From positions 1 to 28,390 of IMG/VR virus record IMGVR_UViG_3300032327_000822: DNA of 28,390 nucleotides. One strand, written 5' to 3'. How positions within the stretch are numbered: the stretch's first letter is position 1; every line of letters starts with the position of its first letter. The translations under genes were made by a program, and so were the position numbers. Below are positions 1-10,199 of this stretch, one piece after another. The notes under the pieces are model-generated. The model ran no database searches. It was not told the DNA's origin and worked only from the letters and a program-made list of their open reading frames with translations. This DNA is from a virus. Lineage: Duplodnaviria; Caudoviricetes.

Positions 1-500
1 AATATTCCATTAGTAGTTTTATTAGCAAACTCAACTTGAGCTTCTAAAACATAAGATTCAAAAGCATTTATATCTAAATTATCAAAATCTGTACCAAAAT
101 TTTTAATAATTTTTTCTTTACCTGCAGGATGTAAAGGCGGTTCTATTCTTGTTGCACATACAACTTTACCAGGCTTTAAATGTTTTAATATATTTTCTAT
201 ATAATTAGGACCTATAATCATATCTGCATGTAATATACCAACTACTTCTGTCTCTGCTAAGTCTATTCCTATATCATAAAGAATAGTATGCCCAACTCTT
301 TTTGTAGATTTATATATAGCAGTAATATTATCATCTTTTATTGAAGATAACCAGCTTACCGTATTATCAATAGATCCATCATCTAATATAATAATTTTAC
401 AATCAGATGCATGGGTTTTTATACTTGCGTATACATTTTTTAAATGTCTTAAGTTATTACTAGATGGTATAACTAATGTAACTTCTTTTTGTTTTAACAT
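1..500 (-). CDS. Glycosyltransferase family 2 (GT-A), partial, runs off the left edge
   Basis: Not in the ORF track. ATG at 500-498 overlaps the stop of 494..1630. Manual translation gives MLKQKEVTLVIPSSNNLRHLKNVYASI...ILDDGSIDNT...LHADMIIGP...VCATRIEPPLHPAGKEKII, a paralog of the adjacent gene. Confidence 0.85.
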   Translation of the reverse strand, partial: MLKQKEVTLVIPSSNNLRHLKNVYASIKTHASDCKIIILDDGSIDNTVSWLSSIKDDNITAIYKSTKRVGHTILYDIGIDLAETEVVGILHADMIIGPNYIENILKHLKPGKVVCATRIEPPLHPAGKEKIIKNFGTDFDNLDINAFESYVLEAQVEFANKTTNGI

Positions 501-1630
501 AATTTTAATTTTAATTGTTGTGATTTTTTCTTTCTAATATCCAATTTAAAATCCCCTAGTTGGTATACTCCTAAATCTTCAGAATTATTATGTATTAAAT
601 CTTGTAAAGATTCTAATAATGATTGAAACATATTTTCTTGTTTAATCATATCATTAAAATCAGCAATTAATATAATATCATCATCTAATTCTTCTACAAA
701 TTTTGATTTTATATCAAAAGCAGTATAAGGTTGAATATAATCACAATAAGATTTTGAATCAATATCTACTTTAATATGATCAAAATATGGTTCGATGCTT
801 AATATTTTTTCACTTTTACAATTTTTTATTTCTATACCTATATTATATTTAATATTGGGTATTGGTTCTAATGTATCTGATTGTTTTAAAAATCCACCCC
901 ATTTTCTAATATATTCATACATAGATATGATATTATTTTTATTCCAATCTTCACTTTTTGTTTTAAAATCTTCCATTTTTTCTGCATGTGCAAATTGGCC
1001 ACCTCTACATGTTAAATGATATACCATTGCTGACCATGATTGAATTAAATCATATCCTTGTAATTTAAATCTTCTAAATAAATCTGCATCTTCAAATACT
1101 GATTTAAATATAGGATCGTGTCCTAAGTGTTGATTTCTACGTATTAACCATGGAGCAAAAATACTTTTGGTTATTTTATTACTTTTGTTTTCTTTTACAA
1201 ATTTATTAAATTCTTTAATTTTTAAATCTTCTGGCCACATACCGAAATCCATTATTATCTTTTCTTGTCCAGCTGGGTGTAATGGTGGTTCTATTCTTGT
1301 TGCGCAAACAATATTATTATCTTTTTTTATGCTCATCATTTCATAATCAGCATGAGGACCAAGAATCATATCTGCATGAAATGCTATCACATAATCTGAT
1401 GCTGCTTCTTTAAACATTATATCATACGCATACCCTATACCTTTTGGGATATTACTAGTATTCTTAATGAATTTAATATTTTGAGTTTCTAACCACTCTA
1501 TAGTTCCATCATTATCTTGGTCTACATATACTAATATTTCATTAGAATAATAAGAATTATCTTGAATGGATTTGATACATGGTTTAAGATATCTTAAATT
1601 ATTTTTAGAAGGGATGCAAAATGTTATCAT
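494..1630 (-). CDS. Glycosyltransferase family 2 (GT-A)
   Basis: N-terminal FCIPSKN, VYVDQDNDGT, HADM (DxD-like), FEDADLF and HLTCRG are typical GT2 elements. Confidence 0.85.
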   Translation of the reverse strand: MITFCIPSKNNLRYLKPCIKSIQDNSYYSNEILVYVDQDNDGTIEWLETQNIKFIKNTSNIPKGIGYAYDIMFKEAASDYVIAFHADMILGPHADYEMMSIKKDNNIVCATRIEPPLHPAGQEKIIMDFGMWPEDLKIKEFNKFVKENKSNKITKSIFAPWLIRRNQHLGHDPIFKSVFEDADLFRRFKLQGYDLIQSWSAMVYHLTCRGGQFAHAEKMEDFKTKSEDWNKNNIISMYEYIRKWGGFLKQSDTLEPIPNIKYNIGIEIKNCKSEKILSIEPYFDHIKVDIDSKSYCDYIQPYTAFDIKSKFVEELDDDIILIADFNDMIKQENMFQSLLESLQDLIHNNSEDLGVYQLGDFKLDIRKKKSQQLKLKLC

Positions 1631-2475
1631 TTAAAAAGGAATTTATATTTTTGTTTATTGTTTATTAAATATTTAGGTAGTAAATCTTCTCGTATTTCAC
1701 ATTGAAATGGTCGACCTAATACATCCATACCAATTTCCAATCTTTGTTGTACTAAATTTTTTACGTTGTCATTATTATATTCTTGATGGCCGTAATTTTC
1801 TAACTTAGTTTTAATTTTATTTAAACCTCCTTGATAAGTAAAATGCCAACCTCCATTATCTACAAAAAGATGTTTAGTTTTATCCGTCCCATCTAAATGA
1901 TTAGCGCTTGCATTTTTTATATTTTTATATTTTGTATAATACGTCCCAGTCCAAGGTTCATTACTCTTTAAATTTAAAAACCCTATATATACTAATTGCC
2001 TAAGCTTTCTAATATTATAATCGTCTACTTCATATTCTAATTCTGGATTCCACATTTCGTCTAGATCAGATATAAAACAAAGATCTTCGTCGTCTAAATT
2101 AGCTTTTCTCATTCCTAGTCTAGTACTCTCATGCTGATAAAATTCTCTTAGCCACTGAACTTGATTTCCTGTATTAGAAGTAGTAATAGCATGCATTAGT
2201 ATATTCTTTTTTAGAGGGTCTGTTTCACTAATAAACATTTTTTGCGCTTCTTCAAAAGAATTAGGAGTATCATCTACAACGTAGTGAACTATTTTATGAT
2301 TAAACTTTTCAAATCGGTTTTTATTTTCTTGATAATAAAGGGGCTTTTCTTTACCTGAATGTCCTACGGTTGATTCAACTAGTATAAAATAATCAACTTT
2401 TTCGTTCAATAAATTAAGTCTAATTTCCAAAAGATCTAATTCATTAAAAAATATGAATGAATCTATTATTTTCAT
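1627..2475 (-). CDS. Glycosyltransferase family 17-like (beta-1,4-GlcNAc transferase-like)
   Basis: FFNELDLLEIRL, VDYFILVES, SDLDE and GGWHF motifs of GT17-like proteins. Confidence 0.85.
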   Translation of the reverse strand: MKIIDSFIFFNELDLLEIRLNLLNEKVDYFILVESTVGHSGKEKPLYYQENKNRFEKFNHKIVHYVVDDTPNSFEEAQKMFISETDPLKKNILMHAITTSNTGNQVQWLREFYQHESTRLGMRKANLDDEDLCFISDLDEMWNPELEYEVDDYNIRKLRQLVYIGFLNLKSNEPWTGTYYTKYKNIKNASANHLDGTDKTKHLFVDNGGWHFTYQGGLNKIKTKLENYGHQEYNNDNVKNLVQQRLEIGMDVLGRPFQCEIREDLLPKYLINNKQKYKFLFK

Positions 2476-3386
2476 TTTATATATAATTTATAATATTCTT
2501 TGTGTTTTAATTTATATAATTCAAATTCTCTTTTACACTCATCGTAAGATTGCAAATTACCTTCTCTATCCATATATATAAAATCTCTACATAAATTACA
2601 ACCTGTTGCCCAGTATCCATCTGATACATTATGTCTTGCCCAATATTTTGGAGCTATAATCAATTTTGCTTCTTCGTTTGTTAAAGCAGGAAAATACGCA
2701 AAGCTAGAATTTGATAATATTAGCCATCTTGCATTTTTAATGATGGCATAATCTTTTCCTACATCGAAATGATACACATTATTCTCTAATTCAGGAAGTA
2801 ATCGTTTTGCCATTTCCGGACTTTCTGTAATAACCAAAAATTGCATATTTGGATTCAATCTTAGCATGTGATAAATGGCTCTAACCCAATAATCCCTAGA
2901 TAAAAATAAAGTGTCATCACCTTCATAATCTCTTATATTGAGAACACAAATATTATCGTTAGTAAAATCTTTACAATCATGTTCAGGCTTTAATTTTAAC
3001 CAGCTTTTAATATCTTGTTTTCTATGGTAAAAATAATCTTCACACTGTAAACTACCCTCTATTTTAGTGTTATCTTTTATAGACATAACATTTTCATCAA
3101 ATAATCTAATATCACACCCTAATGTAGAATCATGATAACTATGATTAAACTTTTGTCTAACTTCTAATTCTTTATAATAATATTCTATAGCTAATTCATC
3201 ATAGTTTGATCCTAAATTTAAGTCCATAAAATATAATCCATTTAAATTATATCTTCTGTCTCCTAAAAATTCTAATCCTTTTATAGCAAATGAAGTACTT
3301 CTATCAGCTGCTAATGATCTAACTGTAGTATATACAGCTAATTGATTTCCTAATCCTTGGCCATGATATATTTCTGTACTTATCAT
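2472..3386 (-). CDS. Glycosyltransferase family 11-like (alpha-1,2-fucosyl/colitosyl transferase-like), divergent
   Basis: GQGLGNQL at the N-terminus, LNIRDY (degenerate HxRRxDY), SNSSF, IIAPKYW. Confidence 0.75.
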   Translation of the reverse strand: MISTEIYHGQGLGNQLAVYTTVRSLAADRSTSFAIKGLEFLGDRRYNLNGLYFMDLNLGSNYDELAIEYYYKELEVRQKFNHSYHDSTLGCDIRLFDENVMSIKDNTKIEGSLQCEDYFYHRKQDIKSWLKLKPEHDCKDFTNDNICVLNIRDYEGDDTLFLSRDYWVRAIYHMLRLNPNMQFLVITESPEMAKRLLPELENNVYHFDVGKDYAIIKNARWLILSNSSFAYFPALTNEEAKLIIAPKYWARHNVSDGYWATGCNLCRDFIYMDREGNLQSYDECKREFELYKLKHKEYYKLYIK

Positions 3387-4787
3387 CTATATTAATTTTG
3401 TATGAATATTGTTTTTTCCATGAAATGCAAAGGGTTTAATTCCTTCAGTTTCAGGAATTGGAGTTTCATGAGAAAAATATTTTGCTATATCTATGTCTGC
3501 AAATTTACATCCATGTTGTTTATAAATGTGTCTATAGTTTACTGTGATAAATCCATCTTCATTATAATATCCATGAAATGCTTTCCATTCTAAATTTAAT
3601 TTATTTGGCAGATCTATTAATTTTTTACTTCTTAATGATACACTATTTCCTACTCTAATCAATTCTCCATTTATGTCTCTATAAGAAAAATTATCATTAG
3701 GTATTGGCCATGGCGCACCAATATAATCGTAATTTAAAAATTCAGGTTTCCAAGAATCAGGATTAATGATAAATCCATCATCATGAATTAATATAGCAAA
3801 TTCTGTATCTACATAGTCTCCTAATTTATATATAGCAGCGTAACTCCACTCGTCTATATTTGACATTTTATCTATGTAGTGGTGTTCTATATGATTAGGT
3901 AAACTAGTAGGTTTAATATCTGATATTATTTTTATTGCCCCAAATTTAATATATTTTGAACTAAGCTCTAATGCTTTTATGTGGTTTTCTAATCTTACTG
4001 ATGTTAAAGTTATTAGCGTTACGTTGTCAAGATTTAAGGGGCTTTTTAACATTTTTTGTAATATTAATTCTTCATTTTCTCTTTCTTCTTGTGGTTTAGA
4101 ATATTTACTAATTATATATTCTAATTCATTGTCCCTCCTTTGTTTAGTTGCTAATACTTTACTAACAGAATCATCATGATCTCTATTAACGATCGTTAAA
4201 TAATTGCATATTGAAGGTAATCCAAATTTATCATACAATCTCTTGTACATGTCCACATCCATCAACCAAAATAAATTTTCGTCAAAAAATAATAAGTCTT
4301 TATTATAAAACATTAAAACACTTGGTGAACTAATTGTGTTTTCTCCGTATTGAATATTATCATGGTATTTAGGATAAAAAGGGTTATTTATATTTTTTCC
4401 GTCTTTTGTATGAGCACATGCCCCTATGTTCCAATGATTGCAACTTCCGACTAAGTGAATTAGTTGCGCTTCCAGACTAGAGTCATCATATAAAAAATCA
4501 TCTTGCCATAATAATTTTATAACATCTCCTGTAGCATGTTTAATTGCATTATTTATATTAGCTGAGGACACACCTCTACCTTTATCATTGAAAATATGTT
4601 TGATGTCTAATTTAGGATTCCATTTATCGCATAAATCTTTTATAAGATTTGATTGACTATGATCTGACACTATTACTTCAAAATTCTTATATGTTTGCGA
4701 TAATAGTTTTTGAAATGAATGTTCTAAATATAAAGCCCCTTTTCCTTTCATTTCATAAGTGGGGATACAAATACTAATTAGCTCCAT
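3387..4787 (-). CDS. Two-domain protein: GT2 glycosyltransferase fused to a DUF5672-like GT-A domain
   Basis: N-half ISICIPTY...VSDHS...WQDD. C-half HDDGF, YDYIGAPW, VGNSVSLRSKKL, EDGF, FAFHG. Confidence 0.8.
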   Translation of the reverse strand: MELISICIPTYEMKGKGALYLEHSFQKLLSQTYKNFEVIVSDHSQSNLIKDLCDKWNPKLDIKHIFNDKGRGVSSANINNAIKHATGDVIKLLWQDDFLYDDSSLEAQLIHLVGSCNHWNIGACAHTKDGKNINNPFYPKYHDNIQYGENTISSPSVLMFYNKDLLFFDENLFWLMDVDMYKRLYDKFGLPSICNYLTIVNRDHDDSVSKVLATKQRRDNELEYIISKYSKPQEERENEELILQKMLKSPLNLDNVTLITLTSVRLENHIKALELSSKYIKFGAIKIISDIKPTSLPNHIEHHYIDKMSNIDEWSYAAIYKLGDYVDTEFAILIHDDGFIINPDSWKPEFLNYDYIGAPWPIPNDNFSYRDINGELIRVGNSVSLRSKKLIDLPNKLNLEWKAFHGYYNEDGFITVNYRHIYKQHGCKFADIDIAKYFSHETPIPETEGIKPFAFHGKNNIHTKLI

Positions 4788-4792
4788 AATTT

Positions 4793-5338
4793 TTATTTTT
4801 TTGCAAATAGTACTCCCATATTAGGAGCATGGCAATATGTAAATAAGCCTTCAGCTATAAGATTAAATTGCCACTCTTCTAACTTTTTTACTATGGCTTC
4901 TCTGCGATCATTACAATGATATTCTATAGCTATAGATTTAACATTGTCAAGATCTTTTTTTGTGATATCATAAAAAGCAGTTTCGTATCCTTCTATATCG
5001 CATTTTATTGCGGTGATGTTGTATTTTTGAATGTAATTTAAAATTTGTTTAGATTCTGTTATCTCATTACGCTCTATATAAAAAGTAGGGTCATTAGCAC
5101 CATATACTCCCATATAATAATCTACTTCTGTTTGAGAAGAGTCTACTGCTACTACTTTTTTTGCTCCATGATCCAAAAAATAACAGGGTGAATGATCTTG
5201 TTTTTCATAAGTTTGATGTCTACCACAACCTAAGTCTAAAACATTTTTATTTTCTACTTCAAAGTAAGGCCAATGATCTTGAGATCTTTCTGAAATAATT
5301 GAATGATTAATCATATATTTTTTTATTTTATTACCCAT
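4793..5338 (-). CDS. SAM-dependent methyltransferase (FkbM-like)
   Basis: VLDLGCG motif I, KCDIEGYE and IEYH as in the FkbM family. The true start may be the second Met. Confidence 0.75.
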   Translation of the reverse strand: MGNKIKKYMINHSIISERSQDHWPYFEVENKNVLDLGCGRHQTYEKQDHSPCYFLDHGAKKVVAVDSSQTEVDYYMGVYGANDPTFYIERNEITESKQILNYIQKYNITAIKCDIEGYETAFYDITKKDLDNVKSIAIEYHCNDRREAIVKKLEEWQFNLIAEGLFTYCHAPNMGVLFAKK

Positions 5339-6159
5339 GATTTAGGATACAAATCTTTTGTATCGTGAATTTTTTTATAAGCTGGACCAAACCATTTTTT
5401 TGGAGCCACAACTTTTTTATTTGGATTAGTATTTAACCACGCGCCCCACCAACTAAATGAACTATTTGCTATTACATTATGGTGACATATACTCATCATA
5501 CACATATCTATTTCAGGATTATTTCCTTCAATATAAACAATATTTTCTTGTTTTCCAAATAATTCTTTACAGTACGCTATATCATCTGAAAATATTAGAA
5601 AACAGTAGTTACCCTCCATGAATTCATTCATTGCCTCGAAATAATAATCTGAGTCCATAATAGGGTGAAACTGTTGAAGACCTACATAGTCCCCTCTTCT
5701 CAAGTGTATTGACACAAACTCTACATCTTTAGGAAAAGAAGGAAAATTATTTTTTGCTTTTTTAATAGTTTCTGAATTGAATTTAAAAAATCCTCTAATT
5801 AAATCAGAACAATGTTCAAAGTACTTTTCTGTTTGAAAATATCCCATTAGATTTGTTCCATTGGGTATTGTGAACATATCAAGACAAAAGTGAAAGTAGG
5901 GTTCCTGCGCTATATGTAATGTTTCTATTTGATCTAATGGAGCTAATGTTTGTTTTATAGATGGAAAATATTTAGGCAAATCAAAATAAACGTCTCTTTT
6001 AATTCCATCTTTAAAGTCTTCTATGCTAGGTACTTCTGTATTTTCTTTTGGAAATGCAAAATCATGCCCAACTTTATTGGCTATACCAACTGTAGCAGCA
6101 AATTGAAACATTTGATTGCCGCTTCGTCCAAAATGTCCTATCTTTTTATAACTTATCAT
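5323..6159 (-). CDS. Glycosyltransferase family 11 (alpha-1,2-fucosyltransferase-like)
   Basis: GRSGNQMFQ, GYFQTEKYF, HLRRGDY, FSDD, ANSSFSWWGAWL. Confidence 0.92.
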   Translation of the reverse strand: MISYKKIGHFGRSGNQMFQFAATVGIANKVGHDFAFPKENTEVPSIEDFKDGIKRDVYFDLPKYFPSIKQTLAPLDQIETLHIAQEPYFHFCLDMFTIPNGTNLMGYFQTEKYFEHCSDLIRGFFKFNSETIKKAKNNFPSFPKDVEFVSIHLRRGDYVGLQQFHPIMDSDYYFEAMNEFMEGNYCFLIFSDDIAYCKELFGKQENIVYIEGNNPEIDMCMMSICHHNVIANSSFSWWGAWLNTNPNKKVVAPKKWFGPAYKKIHDTKDLYPKSWVIK

Positions 6160-6971
6160 AATAATTCTTTAACTGCTTCATAAACTCCTTTAGAAGGAAA
6201 AAATCCCATAGAACCTAATTTACTTGAATCCAAATACATGGATTCTACTTGTACAATCTTATGAAAATCAGAAGGTTCCATGTTTCCTATATTACTATTA
6301 GATCCTACTTCTTGTTTAACGTAAGAAATAATATCTTTAAATAGTATTGGCTTTCTTGCTGATCCTAAATTGTATATTTCTCCATTTTTTCCTCTATCTA
6401 TTATGAACTTAAGACCATCTACTACATCATCTACATGTACAAAGTCCCTATAAAATTCTCCATCATTATATAACTTAATATCTCTACCGGCTTTTAATTC
6501 GTCTATTAAAAATTGTAGCGCGTTTTTTTTCTTTGATGCTTTATTGTCTCCTTTGCCAATTACATTACCTAGTCTTACAATAGTATATTTGATATTGAAA
6601 GTCTTGCAATAAGATTCTAGTAATTGTTCTGCAGCCAATTTAGTTATAGAATAAAATCCTTTAGGTCTACAAGATGAAGACTCTCTAGCTGGCAGATGCG
6701 TATCTCCGTATACAAACCAAGAACTTACAAATGTAAACTCTATGTCTTTTCCTTTACAGTTATCCAATACTTTCATTAGATGCATAAGATTAGTTTCTAT
6801 GTCAATGAAAGAATTTTCTAGTACGTTATAATTATCAACTGTGCTAATTAAGTATAACACTTTATTAGATTGAGGTTGAGTATCCTCTCTTCCTATTATA
6901 ACTGATTCATCTTTATATTTATTATAGAACTTGGATCCTATGAACCCAGTTCCTCCGAATATTGATATCAT
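6156..6971 (-). CDS. NAD-dependent epimerase/dehydratase (extended SDR), nucleotide-sugar modification
   Basis: GGTGFIG Rossmann motif, SSWFVYG, YSITK catalytic YxxxK, RDFVHVDD. Confidence 0.9.
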   Translation of the reverse strand: MISIFGGTGFIGSKFYNKYKDESVIIGREDTQPQSNKVLYLISTVDNYNVLENSFIDIETNLMHLMKVLDNCKGKDIEFTFVSSWFVYGDTHLPARESSSCRPKGFYSITKLAAEQLLESYCKTFNIKYTIVRLGNVIGKGDNKASKKKNALQFLIDELKAGRDIKLYNDGEFYRDFVHVDDVVDGLKFIIDRGKNGEIYNLGSARKPILFKDIISYVKQEVGSNSNIGNMEPSDFHKIVQVESMYLDSSKLGSMGFFPSKGVYEAVKELL

Positions 6972-8257
6972 TATTTAAACTTTTTTACAACTTCTTCAAT
7001 ATATTCAAATACTTGGTCTGTATAATGAGGTGCAGCACCAATGAAAAACACTTTATCTAATACTTTATTTGCTTCTGGGTAATTCTTATAGTCATCGAGG
7101 AATGCATATCCGGGATGCATTAAAATATTTCCAGCAAAATAATTTCTAGTTTGGATTTTATTTTTTTCCAAAAACGCAACTAATCTATGTTTCAATCCAG
7201 GCTCATCACATATAAATGGTGTACCAAACCAACAAGGATCTGCTTTTTCTAATTTGTTTGGGGCTCTTAGATTATGGATATTATCTGTAAATATTTTTTC
7301 TAATTTTGTTTTTGCATCTCGCCTCTTTTGCTCCATAATATCTAATTTCTCTAATTGCTCTAATCCTATTGCACCTTGTAGATCCAAAGGTTTTAAATTA
7401 TATCCCATTTCGCTGAATACATACTTGTGATCAATAATACCATCATAACTCTCCAACCATTTATCAAATCTATTACCACAAGTACCGCAAGGCAATAAGT
7501 TAGCAGAACCAATACAATAGCAATCTCTACCCCACCAACTAAGGCTAACAAATAGTTTTTTTAATTCTTCATCATTAGAACATACCATGCCACCTTCTCC
7601 GGTAGATATGTGATGCGCTGGATAGAATGAATTAGAAAAAGCCGTATAATACTCACTCAAAAATTTCCCTTCCCATTTTGATCCTAAACTATCACAATTA
7701 TCACCAATTAATTTTAAATTATATTTTTCTGCTAAAGCCACCAATCTATCCATATTAGGTGGATTACCTAATACAGGAGATATAAAAATACCCCTTGTTT
7801 TATCTGTGATTTTTGCTTCTACTTGATCTAAGTCAAAGTTAAGAGTATCCCATTCTATATCTACAAATACTGGTTTTAATCTATGTTGATATAATACAGA
7901 TACTGTGGTAGCAAATCCTACTGGAGAAACAATAATTTCATCATTGTCAGCCCATTTGAATCTTCTTTTTAACGCTGCTATCAATATCAAATTAGCAGAG
8001 CTACCTGAATTTACCATATGGGAGTACTTAACATTAAATCTTTTACTAAATTTATTTTCAAATTTATAAACTTTTTCTCCTGTTGTTATCCATTTACCAT
8101 TCAAAAAACTTTCAATTGCTGCCTCTGTTTCTTTATTATCCCAATAAGGACCACTATAATAAATTGGAGTAATACCAGGAATAAAATTTTTTGCATTATA
8201 AATATAAGGAGCCACGTGATTTCCAACTAATTGTTGGATATTTTCTAATTTTATCAT
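6971..8257 (-). CDS. rfbH: NDP-4-keto-6-deoxyhexose 3-dehydrase (RfbH/DdhC E1-like, DegT/DnrJ family)
   Basis: VNSGSSANL, DNCDSLG, SFYPAHHISTGEGG (His at the position of the Schiff-base Lys), and WGRDCYC...CGTCG Cys cluster as in E1 dehydrases. Confidence 0.85.
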   Translation of the reverse strand: MIKLENIQQLVGNHVAPYIYNAKNFIPGITPIYYSGPYWDNKETEAAIESFLNGKWITTGEKVYKFENKFSKRFNVKYSHMVNSGSSANLILIAALKRRFKWADNDEIIVSPVGFATTVSVLYQHRLKPVFVDIEWDTLNFDLDQVEAKITDKTRGIFISPVLGNPPNMDRLVALAEKYNLKLIGDNCDSLGSKWEGKFLSEYYTAFSNSFYPAHHISTGEGGMVCSNDEELKKLFVSLSWWGRDCYCIGSANLLPCGTCGNRFDKWLESYDGIIDHKYVFSEMGYNLKPLDLQGAIGLEQLEKLDIMEQKRRDAKTKLEKIFTDNIHNLRAPNKLEKADPCWFGTPFICDEPGLKHRLVAFLEKNKIQTRNYFAGNILMHPGYAFLDDYKNYPEANKVLDKVFFIGAAPHYTDQVFEYIEEVVKKFK

Positions 8258-8925
8258 TTGTATGTAGGGTTAAATATATAACATTCTAATCTTTCTATAT
8301 TCCAAGGTGCAGATTCTTCTTCTAATAATAAATCACATATTTTTTTATAAAATTCTTTAGGCCTTAATTTTACATGTTCTTTAGTAATTCCAAAATGACC
8401 TCCAGGTATAAATTCATATTCTAAAGGTTTTTTGTCAGTAAATAATATATCCCAATATTTATCTACATTTATATTAGGATTATTATCTTGTGGTTGCCCA
8501 TTACTTTGACATATTAATATATTTCCATTTCCATGCTGTTTTGATTTATTTAAATCCCACATTATGCCACCTTTTATAGATGGCACTGTTATAGTATTAT
8601 AATGAAATCCGTAATATCCTCCTATATTTAATTGGCATTTTGATTTTTGAGTTTCATTATTAATAACATTTATAATATCTTCCCAATGATCAAATGGATA
8701 ATCTTGAGCAAAATAAGTAATATTAGATAAATTATTATAATTTAAATATAAATGATTAAAAAATGTATGTACGCATCTACCTTTATTAATATCTATTTTA
8801 ATTTCATCATATCTTTGAGGCGTATAATCACCCTTTCTATATACAGTAATTTTAGTAGCGTGATTTATATCATTTAACCAATCTAAATAATTATCATATG
8901 CGGCTATAACTAATTCTTTTTTCAT
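8254..8925 (-). CDS. DUF3431-like protein (glycosylation-cluster associated)
   Basis: ELVIAAY, GRCVHTFFNHL, FAQDYPFDH and PWNIERL resemble DUF3431 motifs. Confidence 0.6.
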   Translation of the reverse strand: MKKELVIAAYDNYLDWLNDINHATKITVYRKGDYTPQRYDEIKIDINKGRCVHTFFNHLYLNYNNLSNITYFAQDYPFDHWEDIINVINNETQKSKCQLNIGGYYGFHYNTITVPSIKGGIMWDLNKSKQHGNGNILICQSNGQPQDNNPNINVDKYWDILFTDKKPLEYEFIPGGHFGITKEHVKLRPKEFYKKICDLLLEEESAPWNIERLECYIFNPTYK

Positions 8926-9539
8926 ATTAAATTATAAAATGTATTTTGTTTTTCTTGCCTTTCAATTGTTTTATGATGAATTAAACAATACTCTTCTTCT
9001 AATGGAAAAAATGAATATGAATCATGACCAGTTAATACTTCATGAACTTTACTAACCCAATTTATTTTTTTAGAGTTTTGTAAAATTCTTGTTTGGCAAT
9101 CTGGAAAATTAACCCAACCTTTTTCATTTATAGACCATCTCCATTTATTCAAATGATCTTGTGTTAATCCCTCAACAGTGTTTATTCTTCCTAACAAAAA
9201 TACATCAATTGTTGGATTTTGTTGTAATATTAAATGCAAGTCTTGAATTAATTTATAACTTAAATATTCATCAGCATCTATTTGGAATATCCATTCTCCT
9301 GAACAGTGTTTTTTTAAATTATTTTTAAAAGATGCAAAATCAGCTTTTAATGGAAATTCTACTAATATAATATCTTTTATAAATTTATCTATTACACTAT
9401 AAACTTCTTTTGTTGTATTTCCTAAGTCAGCTTGAACTACTATTTCATCTTGAGGTCTTTTATTTTTTACTAAAAGATCTAATAGCCTATCTAATTCTTC
9501 ATGCTCATTACACACAGGTATTGCATAACTTATTCTCAT
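8922..9539 (-). CDS. Glycosyltransferase family 2
   Basis: ISYAIPVCNE, DFASFKN, WIFQIDADE (DxD), PDCQTRI, KVHE. Confidence 0.88.
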   Translation of the reverse strand: MRISYAIPVCNEHEELDRLLDLLVKNKRPQDEIVVQADLGNTTKEVYSVIDKFIKDIILVEFPLKADFASFKNNLKKHCSGEWIFQIDADEYLSYKLIQDLHLILQQNPTIDVFLLGRINTVEGLTQDHLNKWRWSINEKGWVNFPDCQTRILQNSKKINWVSKVHEVLTGHDSYSFFPLEEEYCLIHHKTIERQEKQNTFYNLI

Positions 9540-9548
9540 AATTATTTT

Positions 9549-9989
9549 TTAAACTATTCCAATAAATTCTAAAGCAGATAAATAATCATCACCAAAATTA
9601 GTTAATGTTTTTGAATCTGATTTATACTTTTTATCTTTAAATTTAGGACTTTCTTTTTCTTCATCAGTCAATTCTATGCTTTTTATAGCAGCCCAATGCC
9701 AATCATCTTTAGAAGTTCCATTAACAAATACTGTACCCATATCTTCTATATTAGTGATTTTAGGATACCATATTCTGCCTTCAGAGTCTACTTTTTTAAT
9801 ATCTTTATATAACTCAGGCATTTGCTCTTCTATAGATTCTATATCAATCTCTGATTCTTTCATTAAATCTGACGATGTGAAGCCGCATCCTAAACACCAA
9901 TATGATTTATGAAATTCATTAATTGGTATTGAATAACATGCCCCAGGCTCGCCACACATGGGACAATTTATTATTATATCTTTATCCAT
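9549..9989 (-). CDS. Hypothetical protein with N-terminal zinc ribbon
   Basis: CPMC...CLGC pair; tightly packed in the operon. Confidence 0.65.
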   Translation of the reverse strand: MDKDIIINCPMCGEPGACYSIPINEFHKSYWCLGCGFTSSDLMKESEIDIESIEEQMPELYKDIKKVDSEGRIWYPKITNIEDMGTVFVNGTSKDDWHWAAIKSIELTDEEKESPKFKDKKYKSDSKTLTNFGDDYLSALEFIGIV

Positions 9990-10197
9990 TTAATATAGTT
10001 TTATTTGTTGCAGTTATAATATTACCTGTAGTTGAAATTGTAGTACCACTATATAGAGGTGGGTAGTTATTTATTTGAGATTGTCCTAATTTAAAAACTT
10101 CATCTTTAATAGTTGCCCACTGTTTTTCAGTGGGGCCTCTTTCATCACATCCTTGAACAAATCCTTTGATCCAAGTAATAAATTCTTTTTCTGTCAT
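9982..10197 (-). CDS. Hypothetical small phage protein
   Basis: 71 aa ORF filling the gap between neighbours on the same strand. Confidence 0.6.
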   Translation of the reverse strand: MTEKEFITWIKGFVQGCDERGPTEKQWATIKDEVFKLGQSQINNYPPLYSGTTISTTGNIITATNKTILNG

Positions 10198-10199
10198 AA

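Noticed and set aside
3384-3389. TAG stop directly abutting the next ATG in frame (possible amber recoding or read-through fusion)
   Set aside because: Genes are full length under the standard code with high coding density, and a similar in-frame abutment occurs with TAA at 16303-16308. There is no evidence of recoding.
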